From the NCBI GenBank assembly GCA_003235475.1, contig QJWC01000079.1:15335-79334 (forward strand): a DNA stretch of 64,000 nucleotides, in the 5' to 3' direction. How positions within the stretch are numbered: position 1 is the stretch's first letter; every line of letters starts with the position of its first letter. A model generated the notes under the pieces. The model saw nothing but the letters and a program-made list of their open reading frames with translations, had not been told where the DNA came from and made no database searches. The translations under genes and the position numbers were made by a program. This DNA is from Acidimicrobiia bacterium (lineage in GTDB: Bacteria; Actinomycetota; Acidimicrobiia; Spongiisociales; UBA5794). This document shows positions 44,706 to 53,734 of the stretch, in pieces.

Positions 44706-45806
44706 TTGAGCCAGGCCGAAGCCATCCGCAGCGCCGTCGAGTCGGTCGTCGAACCGGAGATCAACCTCACGCTCGGTGATCTCGGTTTCGTTCGTGATGT
44801 CGACTTCACGAACGGCGTCGTCACCGCGATGATCGCGGTGCCGAGTCCCGGCTCGAGTGCGTCCGCTGCCGTTCGATCGGCGGTCGAAACCGCTGCCGCG
44901 GACGCAGGAGGCGTCTCCGCGGTCAACGTGGCATTCGAAGCGATCTCCGAGGAGGAGGCAGCGGCACTCTCCTCACGCCTTCGCGGCCCGAATGCCGCCG
45001 CTCGGGAGATCGCCCTCGCCTCGCCGGGGAGCGGCACCAGGGTCATCGGCATCTCATCCGGCAAGGGCGGTGTCGGCAAGTCATCACTCACCGCGAACCT
45101 CGCTGTCACCCTCGCTCGTGCCGGCAAGCGTGTGGGCATCATCGACGCCGACGTGTGGGGATTCTCGATCCCGAAGATGATGGGGGTCGAGCACCCGCCG
45201 AACGTCCTCGACGATCTCCTCCTTCCGCCCATCGCTTACGGCGTGTCCGTGATCTCGATGGACTACTTCGTCCAACCGGACCAGGCCGTCGTGTGGCGTG
45301 GCCCGATGCTCCACAAGGCACTCGAGCAGTTCCTCGTGGATGTCCATTGGGGCTCGCCGGATTACCTCCTCATCGACATGCCCCCAGGTACGGGCGATGT
45401 GGCGATTTCGATCAGCCAGTACCTGCCCCGCTCGGAGATCGTCGTCGTCACGACTCCCCAGCCCACTGCGCAAAGAGTCGCGGTGCGCGCGGGGTTGATG
45501 GCGCGCAAGGTCAATCAGGACATCATCGGCGTCGTCGAGAACATGTCGTGGTTCACCGGAGACGACGGGAAACGCTACGAGATCTTCGGCTCAGGCGGGG
45601 GAGAGGCGCTCGCCGCCGAGCTCGACGTCCCGATGCTCGGTCAGATCCCCCTCGTCCCAGCGCTCCGCGAAGGCGCAGACCATGGTCGCCCGATCGTCGT
45701 GACGGAGCCCGAAAGCGAAGCTGCGCGAGCGTTCGGCGTGGTGGCGGATGGCATCTTGGCGAGGGGCCCGAGGATCCGCTCCCATCCCGAATTGGTGATT
45801 TCGTAG
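44706..45806 (+). CDS. mrp: Fe-S cluster carrier ATPase, Mrp/ApbC/NBP35 family
   Basis: 366 aa. N-terminal MIP18/DUF59-like segment (VVEPEINLTLGDLGFV), deviant Walker A ISSGKGGVGKSS, and DMPPGTGD. TTG start assumed by the track. Confidence 0.92.
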   Translation: MSQAEAIRSAVESVVEPEINLTLGDLGFVRDVDFTNGVVTAMIAVPSPGSSASAAVRSAVETAAADAGGVSAVNVAFEAISEEEAAALSSRLRGPNAAAREIALASPGSGTRVIGISSGKGGVGKSSLTANLAVTLARAGKRVGIIDADVWGFSIPKMMGVEHPPNVLDDLLLPPIAYGVSVISMDYFVQPDQAVVWRGPMLHKALEQFLVDVHWGSPDYLLIDMPPGTGDVAISISQYLPRSEIVVVTTPQPTAQRVAVRAGLMARKVNQDIIGVVENMSWFTGDDGKRYEIFGSGGGEALAAELDVPMLGQIPLVPALREGADHGRPIVVTEPESEAARAFGVVADGILARGPRIRSHPELVIS

Positions 45807-45836
45807 CCATACGATGAGCGCAGGAGGACCAAACGT

Positions 45837-46070
45837 ATGAGTGACGTCAACAAGGTTCGCATTGGCATCGCCGCGGCACGGGAACTCGAGATCGAGGTGA
45901 AGGACCCGTCCGCAGTCGTATCCGCCTACGAGAAGGCCCTCAAGAAGGGGGATCCCGTGCTCTGGATCACCGACATGCGTGAGCATCAGTTCGGGATCGC
46001 GGTTGCCTCTGTCGCATTCATCGAGATCGAGAAGCCACAGGATCGCGGCGTCGGGTTCGGCGCGACCTAG
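45837..46070 (+). CDS. DUF3107 family protein
   Basis: 77 aa. VRIGIAAARELEIEV...LWITDMREHQFGIAVASVAFIEIE matches the small conserved actinobacterial DUF3107 pattern as I recall it. Confidence 0.75.
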   Translation: MSDVNKVRIGIAAARELEIEVKDPSAVVSAYEKALKKGDPVLWITDMREHQFGIAVASVAFIEIEKPQDRGVGFGAT

Positions 46071-46098
46071 GACGGGCTGGCCCGGTCACCGGACGAAG

Positions 46099-46125
46099 AA
46101 AGGACCCGGGGTTACCGGGTCCTTT
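46099..46125. terminator. Bidirectional intrinsic terminator hairpin between convergent DUF3107 and whiB-like genes
   Basis: AAAGGACCCGG-GGTTA-CCGGGTCCTTT forms an 11-bp perfect stem with a 5-nt loop. An A-run lies on the 5' side and a T-run on the 3' side, so it can serve both strands. Confidence 0.8.
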
Positions 46126-46151
46126 CGATGACTGAGGCTTGGGGGAAAGCC

Positions 46152-46481
46152 TCAGCTGGCCTGACGCTGGCGGCGACGCTCGGCAAGCCAACGCTTGCGG
46201 TAGCGGCGGCGGTCATCCTCGGGGAGTCCCCCCCAGATGCCAGCTTCCTGGTTTGTCTCGAGTGCGTACAGCAGGCACTCTTCGACGACAGTGCACACCG
46301 AGCAGATCGCCGTGGCGCGTTCGATCAAGTCGACTGCGGCACCTGTGGTCCCGACAGGGAAGAAGACGTCGGGGTCGGTGTCGCGGCAGGCGGAAAGCTC
46401 TCGCCAATCGGTTACGGTCAGCACGGGTACTCCTCTGGATACTTCGGGGGCGTCAGCGCTAGTGAAGTTTTTCACAATCAT
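46152..46481 (-). CDS. WhiB family (Wbl) Fe-S transcriptional regulator
   Basis: SACRDTDPDVFFPVG...AICSVCTVVEECLLYALETNQEAGIWGGL has four Cys in the Wbl spacing plus the GxWGG turn and a basic tail. The true start may be the GTG near 46430 rather than the ATG at 46481. Confidence 0.88.
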   Translation of the reverse strand: MIVKNFTSADAPEVSRGVPVLTVTDWRELSACRDTDPDVFFPVGTTGAAVDLIERATAICSVCTVVEECLLYALETNQEAGIWGGLPEDDRRRYRKRWLAERRRQRQAS

Positions 46482-46569
46482 TCCGTGCTGTCAAACGGTT
46501 TCTGGGGCCAGTCGACCTGAGGCACTCAACAGCTGTTGATACCATCGAGCGCCACAGCGCACATGAACA

Positions 46570-47043
46570 ATGGAGTCGATCGTGAGCATCGAAGAGCAGC
46601 TGCGGGCAGATCAAACCGCAGCGATGAAGGCCAAGGACCGAGCGAAGCTGAACGCAATCCGTTCCGTTCAATCAGAGGTTGCGACCGCCAAGTCGGCGAG
46701 CGGGTTCTCAGGAGAGGTCGACGATGCCCTCTACATCTCGACGATTTCGACCTACGTGAAGCGGCTGTCGAAGACGAAGGCCGAGTACGACGATCTCGGC
46801 GACCGAGGGGCCGAGCAGGCTTCGAAGCTGGCGTTCGAGATCGAGTACCTCAGTGACTTCCTTCCCAGGAAGCTCGACGAGGCCGCGACGCGAGAGCTCG
46901 TCCGATCGGTGATCGCCGAAACCGGTGCCTCGTCCGAGACGCCCGCCGGACAGGTCATCGGCGCCGTGATGCGCAAGGGCGAGGACGTCGACGGAGCACT
47001 CGTGAACCGAGTCGTCCGCGAGCTCCTTGACGGTGCGGCATGA
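46570..47043 (+). CDS. GatB/YqeY domain protein
   Basis: 157 aa. [27 protein letters not shown] and [22 protein letters not shown]...[10 protein letters not shown] are YqeY-family patterns. Confidence 0.85.
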   Translation: MESIVSIEEQLRADQTAAMKAKDRAKLNAIRSVQSEVATAKSASGFSGEVDDALYISTISTYVKRLSKTKAEYDDLGDRGAEQASKLAFEIEYLSDFLPRKLDEAATRELVRSVIAETGASSETPAGQVIGAVMRKGEDVDGALVNRVVRELLDGAA

Positions 47044-47426
47044 CGAACGACGTTCATCTCAACAAGGCGAACGCGGTCGCGTTCTACGACCTCATGTTCA
47101 ACCAGAACCAGCCGGCCGAGGCGATCGACCGGTACGTCGGCGATGTCTACATCCAGCACAACGCGCATGTCGCTGATGGCAAGGAGGCGTTCATCGACTA
47201 CTTCGAGCGAATGGCAACCGAGTACCCGGGGAAGCACGTCGAGTTCGTCCGCGTCATCGGCGAGGGCGACCTCGTGGTGGTGCATTGCCATCAAACGTGG
47301 CCCGGTGACCGTGACTACGCCACGATCGACATCTTCCGGTTCGACGATGCAGGCAAGATCGTCGAACACTGGGATGCCGTACAGGCCGTGCCGGACGAGG
47401 CGGCGCACGACAACGGCATGTTCTGA
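47040..47426 (+). CDS. SnoaL-like / NTF2-fold protein
   Basis: 128 aa. [44 protein letters not shown]...[16 protein letters not shown] is the typical SnoaL_2/NTF2 pattern. ATGA overlap with yqeY. Confidence 0.8.
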   Translation: MTNDVHLNKANAVAFYDLMFNQNQPAEAIDRYVGDVYIQHNAHVADGKEAFIDYFERMATEYPGKHVEFVRVIGEGDLVVVHCHQTWPGDRDYATIDIFRFDDAGKIVEHWDAVQAVPDEAAHDNGMF

Positions 47427-47444
47427 CGTCGAAGCGCGGGAATG

Positions 47445-47516
47445 TGCCCCAGGCAGGAATCGAACCTGCGCTCCCGGCTCCGGAGGCCGGTGCTCTATCC
47501 CCTGAGCTACTGGGGC
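47445..47516 (-). tRNA. tRNA-Arg (anticodon CCG)
   Basis: Hand-folded 72-nt cloverleaf on the minus strand. Acceptor GCCCCAG/CTGGGGC; D stem GCTC/GAGC; anticodon stem CCGGC/GCCGG with loop CTCCGGA (CCG); T arm GCAGG-TTCGATT-CCTGC; discriminator A. CCA is not encoded. Confidence 0.95.
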
Positions 47517-47570
47517 GCCTGCAGATTGTAACCTTGCCGACCAGCCACCTCCCCTGAGCGACGAGGTCCC

Positions 47571-49352
47571 TTGATGTCCCTGCGATCCGAACTCACCGCG
47601 TTGTTCAGCGCAGCATTCGCGGAGGAGGGGCTCGATCCGTCGTTTGGTGACGTTGCGGTGTCGCAGCGGCCCGAGTTGGCCGACTTCCAGTGCAACGGTG
47701 CGCTGGCCGCCTCCAAAGAAGCGCAACGCAGCCCAAGGGACCTCGCCCTGGCCGTCGTGGGCCACATCGACGCACCGGGTGTCATCCGGGAACTGTCGAT
47801 CGCGGGTCCAGGGTTCATCAACATCTCTGTCACGAATGGCGCCCTTGCATCGTGGGTCGGCGCGATGAAGGACGACACACGGCTCGGCGTCGAAGCAGCC
47901 GCGATGCCGAAGACCGTGATCGTGGATTACGGCGGCCCGAACATGTCGAAGGCGCTCCACGTCGGACACTTGCGAGCCGCCGTGATCGGCGAGTCGATCA
48001 AGCGCCTGTTCAGGTTCCTCGGGCATCGCACGATCGGCGACATCCACATCGGCGACTGGGGGATGCCGGTCGGCCAGCTGATCGTCGAGCTCGAGGATCG
48101 CCAGCCGGGCCTCCCGTACTTCGATCCCGAGTACGACGAAGCGGTCGACGGCCCGTACCCGGCGGAGTCGCCCGTCGACCTCGACGATCTCTCCGAGATG
48201 TACCCCGCGATCACGGCGAGGGTCCAGGAGGACCCGGAGGTGGCTGAGCGCGCACGACGCGCGACGTTCGAACTCCAGAACGGGCGCCCCGGGTATCTGG
48301 CGCTCTGGCGGCACTTCCACGACGTTTCGGTCGCAGAACAGAAGAAGGACTTCGGAGCGCTGGACGTCGAGTTCGACGTGTGGTTCGGCGAGAGCACGGT
48401 GAACGAAAGGCTCGAGCCGATGGTCAAGCGCCTCCTCGCCGATGGCGTTGCTCGGGAGTCCGACGGTGCGGTCATCGTCGACGTCGCCGAGCCGAGCGAC
48501 AAGAAGGAGTTTCCTCCCTTGCTGCTCACCCGATCAGACGGTTCCTACCTCTACTCGACGACCGACCTCGCCACCATCGAGATGCGCGTCGACGACCTGG
48601 ACATGGACGTGGCGCTCTACGTCGTCGACGCCCGACAGTCGCTGCACTTCGAGCAGGTCTTCCGAGCTGCCCGTCGGGGTGGGATCGTTGGGGATGACGT
48701 ACACCTCGAGCACGTCGCCTTCGGCACGGTCAACGACGCGCACGGAAAGCCGTTCAGGACCCGCGAGGGCGGCGTTCTCAGACTCGGCGACCTCATCGAT
48801 CTCGTCACGAGCGCAGCCCGGTCGCGGCTCGAGGAAGCCAACATCGCGTCCGACTACGACGGGGCCGAGCGTGATCGGATCGCCCGTCAGGTGGGGGTGG
48901 CCGCCTTGAAGTTCGGTGACCTTTCGAACCATCGCACGACGGACTACGTCTTCGACATCGACCGCTTCGCGTCGTTCGAGGGAAAGACCGGGCCGTACCT
49001 CCAATACTCGGCGGTCCGGATCAAGTCGATTCTTCGTCGCGCTTTCGACGAGGGACTCGAACCGGGTGCTGTGCTCGCACCGACCGTCGACCAGGAGCGC
49101 GCGCTCATGCTGCAGCTCGTCAGGCTTCCCGAGATACTCGACAGGGCGGCGAAGCTTCGCGCGCCGAATGTGATCGCGGAGTTCGCATACGAGGTCGCAA
49201 CCGACTTCAGCCGCTTCTACGAGCACTGCCACATCCTGAACGAGGAGGATGTGGCGCGTCAGGCCTCTTGGCTTGCACTCGTGGCGACGACGCTCGACAC
49301 GCTCTTGCTGCTGGTCGACCTGCTCGGATTCGAGGTCCCCGACAGGATGTGA
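47571..49352 (+). CDS. argS: Arginine--tRNA ligase
   Basis: 593 aa. ADFQCNGALA, GPGFINI, the class I HIGH-type motif PNMSKALHVGHLR, and a C-terminal anticodon-binding DALR-like region ending ...PDRM. Confidence 0.95.
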   Translation: MMSLRSELTALFSAAFAEEGLDPSFGDVAVSQRPELADFQCNGALAASKEAQRSPRDLALAVVGHIDAPGVIRELSIAGPGFINISVTNGALASWVGAMKDDTRLGVEAAAMPKTVIVDYGGPNMSKALHVGHLRAAVIGESIKRLFRFLGHRTIGDIHIGDWGMPVGQLIVELEDRQPGLPYFDPEYDEAVDGPYPAESPVDLDDLSEMYPAITARVQEDPEVAERARRATFELQNGRPGYLALWRHFHDVSVAEQKKDFGALDVEFDVWFGESTVNERLEPMVKRLLADGVARESDGAVIVDVAEPSDKKEFPPLLLTRSDGSYLYSTTDLATIEMRVDDLDMDVALYVVDARQSLHFEQVFRAARRGGIVGDDVHLEHVAFGTVNDAHGKPFRTREGGVLRLGDLIDLVTSAARSRLEEANIASDYDGAERDRIARQVGVAALKFGDLSNHRTTDYVFDIDRFASFEGKTGPYLQYSAVRIKSILRRAFDEGLEPGAVLAPTVDQERALMLQLVRLPEILDRAAKLRAPNVIAEFAYEVATDFSRFYEHCHILNEEDVARQASWLALVATTLDTLLLLVDLLGFEVPDRM

Positions 49353-49361
49353 CGGGTTTCG

Positions 49362-50957
49362 CTAGAGCGTGGGCGTCGGCCGGAGCGTCGGCCGGAAGTG
49401 CCACAACGGCATCTGCGGCGCCTCAGCCATGCTCGCCAGGAATGCGAGCGTCCACTCATCCATGTCTTCGTCCCGCACATAGGCGAGCCCGACATCTGGT
49501 GCGTCCTCGATCGATTCCGTCATGACCCACCCCTGTGCCGTAAGCCACCACAGCACATTGTGGTTGACGTTCTGGTCTGGCTTCGACATCCCGTCGACAC
49601 CGACATCCGCCGAGGGCGTCCGCCCGGCGAGCGTGATCACTGGCGTTTCCTCCCAGAGCAGCCCGAGGTCCGGCGCGCGGTTCGGCTTACCCCCGACGAT
49701 CACCACCGCGAAGCGAGGATCGACCGACTCGTAGCGGTAGGGGTTCTCGGGTTCCACTGTGAGGTCTCGAGCGTCGAAGGGCACGAGGCTCTCGAACTCG
49801 AGGTCCTCGGTTGCGAGCGGCGGGGGAGTGTGGAAGGACGCGAGCTCAACGATCGGTGCGAGCGATCGGAGCCCTTCCATCCATCGCGGCGCGCTGTCGG
49901 CGAGGACGACGATTGTCTCTGGAGAGAAGGCCTCGATGGCCGCGTGCACCGCGACGGCGTTGGCCTCGTCATATGGGACGAGGGCCGTACCGAACTGTTC
50001 GGCGTACTCGGGACGATGGGTCATGCGGTTGAAGTCCGCCGCATCGACGACATAGACCGTCCGTTGATGCTTGCGGTGAAGTTGCGCTGACACATCGACG
50101 AGGTCGGTCGCCGAAATCCACCGGAAGGAGATGCGCCTCGCGGCGTCGAGGGACGCCGTCGGGTTGATCGCCTCGTCGTCAGGGTTGTGGATCTCGAAAT
50201 GGAGATGGGGAGATGTCTGCTCGGCGTTGCCCGCGTCTCCGACCCATCCGATCACGGTTCCCGCGGTCACCCATTCGCCGAGTTCGACGCTTGGGGCGAA
50301 ACACGGTTGCTCGTCGACATCCGTGCCGGGGACATCGGTGTTGAGGTGGCTGTACACGACGCGCCAACCCTCGACGTTCTGGATGACGATCCCACAGCCC
50401 GCAAGCCGTCCGCCGACGTTTGCCCACACGATGCGGCCGTCGATCGCCGCCACCACCGGCACGCCTTTCCAACCGTACGTCATGATGTCCGCGCCCTCGT
50501 GGCTCCGTCGACACCCATCTCGGCATGCCCCGAAGGTGTCGGAGTACGCGGCCACGCCCGCCACGGGGAAGACGATGTCGAGGAGTGCGGGTGGTTCCTC
50601 TGCAGGGGAAACGGTCTCGGGAACCGAAGGCGGATCGTTCCCCGGGTCCGTCGGGTCCGGGGGCAGGGTGGTGGTGGTCGTCACCGGTGGGGGCGCTGTC
50701 GTCGTGGTTGTCGTCGTCTCCGGCGGTGTGGTCGTGGTCGTTGTTGTCGTTTCCGGCGGTGTGGTCGTGGTCGTCGTCGTGGTTTCCGGCGGTGCCGAAG
50801 TGGTGGTGGTTGCCTGGGTGGTCGTCGTGGAGGTAGGCCTGGACGTTGCGTGCTCGCTCGCCGTCTCAGCGCCGTTGGACGCGTGGACAGCCATGGGGGT
50901 CATTGCCATGCCGAGGCACAGCAACGCGACGAGAGCCAGCCTTCTCCCTAAAGCCAC
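49362..50957 (-). CDS. Secreted M23 metallopeptidase with Thr/Pro repeat linker and unassigned ~270-aa C-terminal domain
   Basis: Signal MALGRRLALVALLCLGMAMTPMAVHA. Linker contains PPETTTTTTTT repeats. M23 motifs SHEGADI and GDAGNAEQTSPHLHFEIH. The C-terminal region (ARRISFRW...PLWHFRP...) has no motif I recognise. Confidence 0.85.
   Translation of the reverse strand: MALGRRLALVALLCLGMAMTPMAVHASNGAETASEHATSRPTSTTTTQATTTTSAPPETTTTTTTTPPETTTTTTTTPPETTTTTTTAPPPVTTTTTLPPDPTDPGNDPPSVPETVSPAEEPPALLDIVFPVAGVAAYSDTFGACRDGCRRSHEGADIMTYGWKGVPVVAAIDGRIVWANVGGRLAGCGIVIQNVEGWRVVYSHLNTDVPGTDVDEQPCFAPSVELGEWVTAGTVIGWVGDAGNAEQTSPHLHFEIHNPDDEAINPTASLDAARRISFRWISATDLVDVSAQLHRKHQRTVYVVDAADFNRMTHRPEYAEQFGTALVPYDEANAVAVHAAIEAFSPETIVVLADSAPRWMEGLRSLAPIVELASFHTPPPLATEDLEFESLVPFDARDLTVEPENPYRYESVDPRFAVVIVGGKPNRAPDLGLLWEETPVITLAGRTPSADVGVDGMSKPDQNVNHNVLWWLTAQGWVMTESIEDAPDVGLAYVRDEDMDEWTLAFLASMAEAPQMPLWHFRPTLRPTPTL
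50719..50797. repeat. 33-bp tandem repeat (about 2.4 copies) encoding PPETTTTTTTT units
   Basis: TCCGGCGGTGTGGTCGTGGTCGTTGTTGTCGTT is followed by TCCGGCGGTGTGGTCGTGGTCGTCGTCGTGGTT and then TCCGGCGGTGCC.... The repeat is in frame inside the M23 gene linker (minus-strand coding). Confidence 0.8.
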
Positions 50958-51032
50958 GGTTTGACTCTACGCGATCGGAAAGCGCTGTGTCCAGCCGACT
51001 ACGTCACGTGGTTATCGCACTGGATCGGGTCG

Positions 51033-52355
51033 CTACCAGGAACGCCAAACGGGCATTGCCGGCAGCTCGGCCAGATCGGCCAGGAAGGTGAGGGTCCACG
51101 GCAGCGCCCGTCGTTCGGTGAGGTAGGCGAATCCGGTGTAGGGGACGTCGTCGGGAGAGTCTGTTGCCGTCCATCCGTCTCCCGTCGGCCACCAGAAAAC
51201 CGTGTCGTCAGCGTCTGCTCCCGGGAAGCTCCACGACGGCTCACCGATCGATTTCGGTGCGTAGCGGTCGGATTGCATGACGATCACTTTGTGTTCGAGC
51301 GCGAACTGTTCGAAGAACGCCTGGTACCTGCGCGAGATGCGGTCGGTGCGGCCGGCGATCAGCGTGGTGAAGCGATCCGGCGCGCCGAACAGATTCTCGG
51401 CCTCTCCCGTATCGGGCTCGAACCTGAGCGATGGGGCCTCGACCTGTTCGAAGTTCGCGCTGTGGACATTGTCGGCATTTGCTCGCACGATGTCCTCGAG
51501 CCATCGCTCGTCGGGATCGCTGAACACGACCACGTGGTCCGGGTCGAGGTCGAGCATGGCGTTGATGGCGATCATCGGGTCGCCTCGATCGACGGCGATG
51601 ATCGGGCTGTCAATGATGTACGTCTCACCCTCGACCGCGTTGAGGCGTTCGACGTCGTCAGCGCTCACGACGATCGCTGTGCGTCCTCCCGGCAGGAATG
51701 TCCCTGTCGACACCGCGATCGAGCCCTGGGCGAGGTTCGTCGGGAGCCACTCGTACGTGATCTTGCGTGATGCCTTGAGGCTGCGGTAGGGGTCGATCGG
51801 GTAACCGTTCCTCGATCGGAGTTCGAAGTGCAGGTGGGGTGCGGTGTTCTCAGCGTTGCCGCTGTCGCCGACGTACCCGATGATCTGGCCGGCGACGACT
51901 TCCGTCCCTACCTCGATCCCGGGCGCCGGGCACGGCGCGCCGACGGTATCGGTTCCGGGAATGTCGTTGTTGAGGTGCATGTACCGGGTCTCCCAGCGGT
52001 ACTTGTCCCGGATTCGCACCGAGCAGCCGGCGTTTCCCTCGTTGTAGGTGACCTTGACGACCGTGCCGTCTGTCGCCGCGACGACCGGCAGGCCCTTGTA
52101 GCCGTACGTGAGGATGTCGACGCCGTGGTGCTCGCGCTTGCAGCGGTCCCTGCAGTCCCCGAAGCCGGACCAGTACTTGGTGACGCCCACGACGGGGAAG
52201 ACCATCCGCCTGAGCACGTTGTAGCGCTTCACCGGCGTGAACTGGGGCGTGAGTTCTTCGGCGACTGCGGGGTTCGGAGTCGCCACGACGACGGCTGCGG
52301 ACGCGACAAGGGCGAGCGCGAGCACGGTCAGCCCCATGCGAATCCGTTTGTTCAT
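51033..52355 (-). CDS. Secreted M23 metallopeptidase with the same unassigned C-terminal domain (tandem paralog)
   Basis: Start at the internal ATG MNKRIRMGLTVLALALVASAAVVVATPNPAVA. M23 motifs EHHGVDI and GDSGNAENTAPHLHFELR. The C-terminal ~270 aa is colinear with the neighbouring paralog and ends ...LTFLADLAELPAMPVWRSW (compare LAFLASMAEAPQMPLWHFRP). Confidence 0.85.
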   Translation of the reverse strand: MNKRIRMGLTVLALALVASAAVVVATPNPAVAEELTPQFTPVKRYNVLRRMVFPVVGVTKYWSGFGDCRDRCKREHHGVDILTYGYKGLPVVAATDGTVVKVTYNEGNAGCSVRIRDKYRWETRYMHLNNDIPGTDTVGAPCPAPGIEVGTEVVAGQIIGYVGDSGNAENTAPHLHFELRSRNGYPIDPYRSLKASRKITYEWLPTNLAQGSIAVSTGTFLPGGRTAIVVSADDVERLNAVEGETYIIDSPIIAVDRGDPMIAINAMLDLDPDHVVVFSDPDERWLEDIVRANADNVHSANFEQVEAPSLRFEPDTGEAENLFGAPDRFTTLIAGRTDRISRRYQAFFEQFALEHKVIVMQSDRYAPKSIGEPSWSFPGADADDTVFWWPTGDGWTATDSPDDVPYTGFAYLTERRALPWTLTFLADLAELPAMPVWRSW

Positions 52356-52444
52356 AGGAGGTGTGTCGGCACCGAACACCGATCCCTGTAGGGCTGCGAC
52401 GAGTGGAGCGGCGTGCGGTGGTGCCGTCGCTATCGTCGCCAACC

Positions 52445-53734
52445 ATGGAGAGAACCATCGGGATCGGACTACTCGGCGCTGGAACCGTCGGCGGGACGCT
52501 TGTGCGCCGCCTCGTCGGGGAATCGGACGCGATCGCGGCCAAGACAGGGCTCAGGTTCGATGTCCGCAGGATCGGCGTGCGGGATGTCGCGAGGGTGCGC
52601 GATTTCGAGGTCACCGAGGGCCTTCTCACCACCGACCCCTTCGAGGTCGTGCGGGATCCCACGGTCGACCTCGTGGTCGAGGTGATGGGCGGGCTCGAGC
52701 CAGCGGGCGACCTCCTCCTTGCGGCCCTTCGCAGTGGCAAGCCTGTCGTGACCGCGAACAAAGAGCTCATCGCTGCCAGGGGGCCTGAGCTGATCGAAGC
52801 AGCGGAGATTGCGGGTGTGCCGCTCCTCTTCGAAGCATCGGTCGGCGGTGGTATCCCGATCATCCGTCCCCTGAGCGAAACCCTTGCCGGTGAGCCGCTC
52901 CATCGGGTGCTCGGCATCGTCAATGGAACGACGAACTACATCCTGACGGCGATGACCGAGGACGGCACGAGCTACGCCGAAGCTCTTGGGGATGCGAAGG
53001 ACTTGGGGTATGCCGAACCGGATCCGACCGCGGACGTCAGCGGATCGGATGCAGCCGCGAAGGCAGCGATCCTCGCCTCGCTCGCGTTCGGGACGTGGGT
53101 GGGCCGTGACGACGTGTACGTGGAGGGGATCGAGGGAGTGACCGCAACCGACATCGCCTTCGCCGCGGAGTTCGGGTATGTCATCAAATTGCTCGCCGTC
53201 GGAGAGCGCACCTCAGCGGGCGTGAGCGCGAGGGTGCATCCGGCGATGATCCCTGCCGACCACCCGCTCGCCTCCATCCGGGGTGCCACGAACGCCATCT
53301 TCATCGTGGGCCCATCAGTCGGGTCGCTTCTGTTCTCAGGTCCCGGCGCCGGCGGCGACCCGACGGCGACCGCGGTCCTCGGGGACGTCATCGACGCGGC
53401 GAGGGAGATGCTCGCCGGCGCACAGGTGGCGCCTCGCATCCGATTCTCGCCTGGTGAGCTCGCCTCGTTCGAGGACATGTCGACGCGGTGGTACGTGAGG
53501 CTCGTCGTCGACGACCAACCGGGCGTCCTCGCCCAGATCGCCTCGGCGTTCGGGGAGGAGCACGTGTCGATTCGCTCCGTGTGGCAGGAGGGCGTCGACA
53601 GCGAGGCCTCGCTGATCATCGTCACGCACGCGGCCGCGGAATCCGAGCAGCGCGCAGCGGTTGCGCGGCTCGCCGCGATCGAGGCCGTGAGGGACGTTGC
53701 GGCCGTGATACGCGTCCTCGAGGACGACGCGTGA
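52445..53734 (+). CDS. hom: Homoserine dehydrogenase
   Basis: Start at the internal [20 protein letters not shown] (NAD-binding GxGxxG). [12 protein letters not shown]-terminal ACT domain ([27 protein letters not shown]). Confidence 0.93.
   Translation: MERTIGIGLLGAGTVGGTLVRRLVGESDAIAAKTGLRFDVRRIGVRDVARVRDFEVTEGLLTTDPFEVVRDPTVDLVVEVMGGLEPAGDLLLAALRSGKPVVTANKELIAARGPELIEAAEIAGVPLLFEASVGGGIPIIRPLSETLAGEPLHRVLGIVNGTTNYILTAMTEDGTSYAEALGDAKDLGYAEPDPTADVSGSDAAAKAAILASLAFGTWVGRDDVYVEGIEGVTATDIAFAAEFGYVIKLLAVGERTSAGVSARVHPAMIPADHPLASIRGATNAIFIVGPSVGSLLFSGPGAGGDPTATAVLGDVIDAAREMLAGAQVAPRIRFSPGELASFEDMSTRWYVRLVVDDQPGVLAQIASAFGEEHVSIRSVWQEGVDSEASLIIVTHAAAESEQRAAVARLAAIEAVRDVAAVIRVLEDDA

Noticed and set aside
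46752-48320. 522-aa minus-strand ORF
   Set aside because: It runs antisense through yqeY, the SnoaL gene, the tRNA-Arg gene and argS. It cannot be real if those are, and they have strong signatures.
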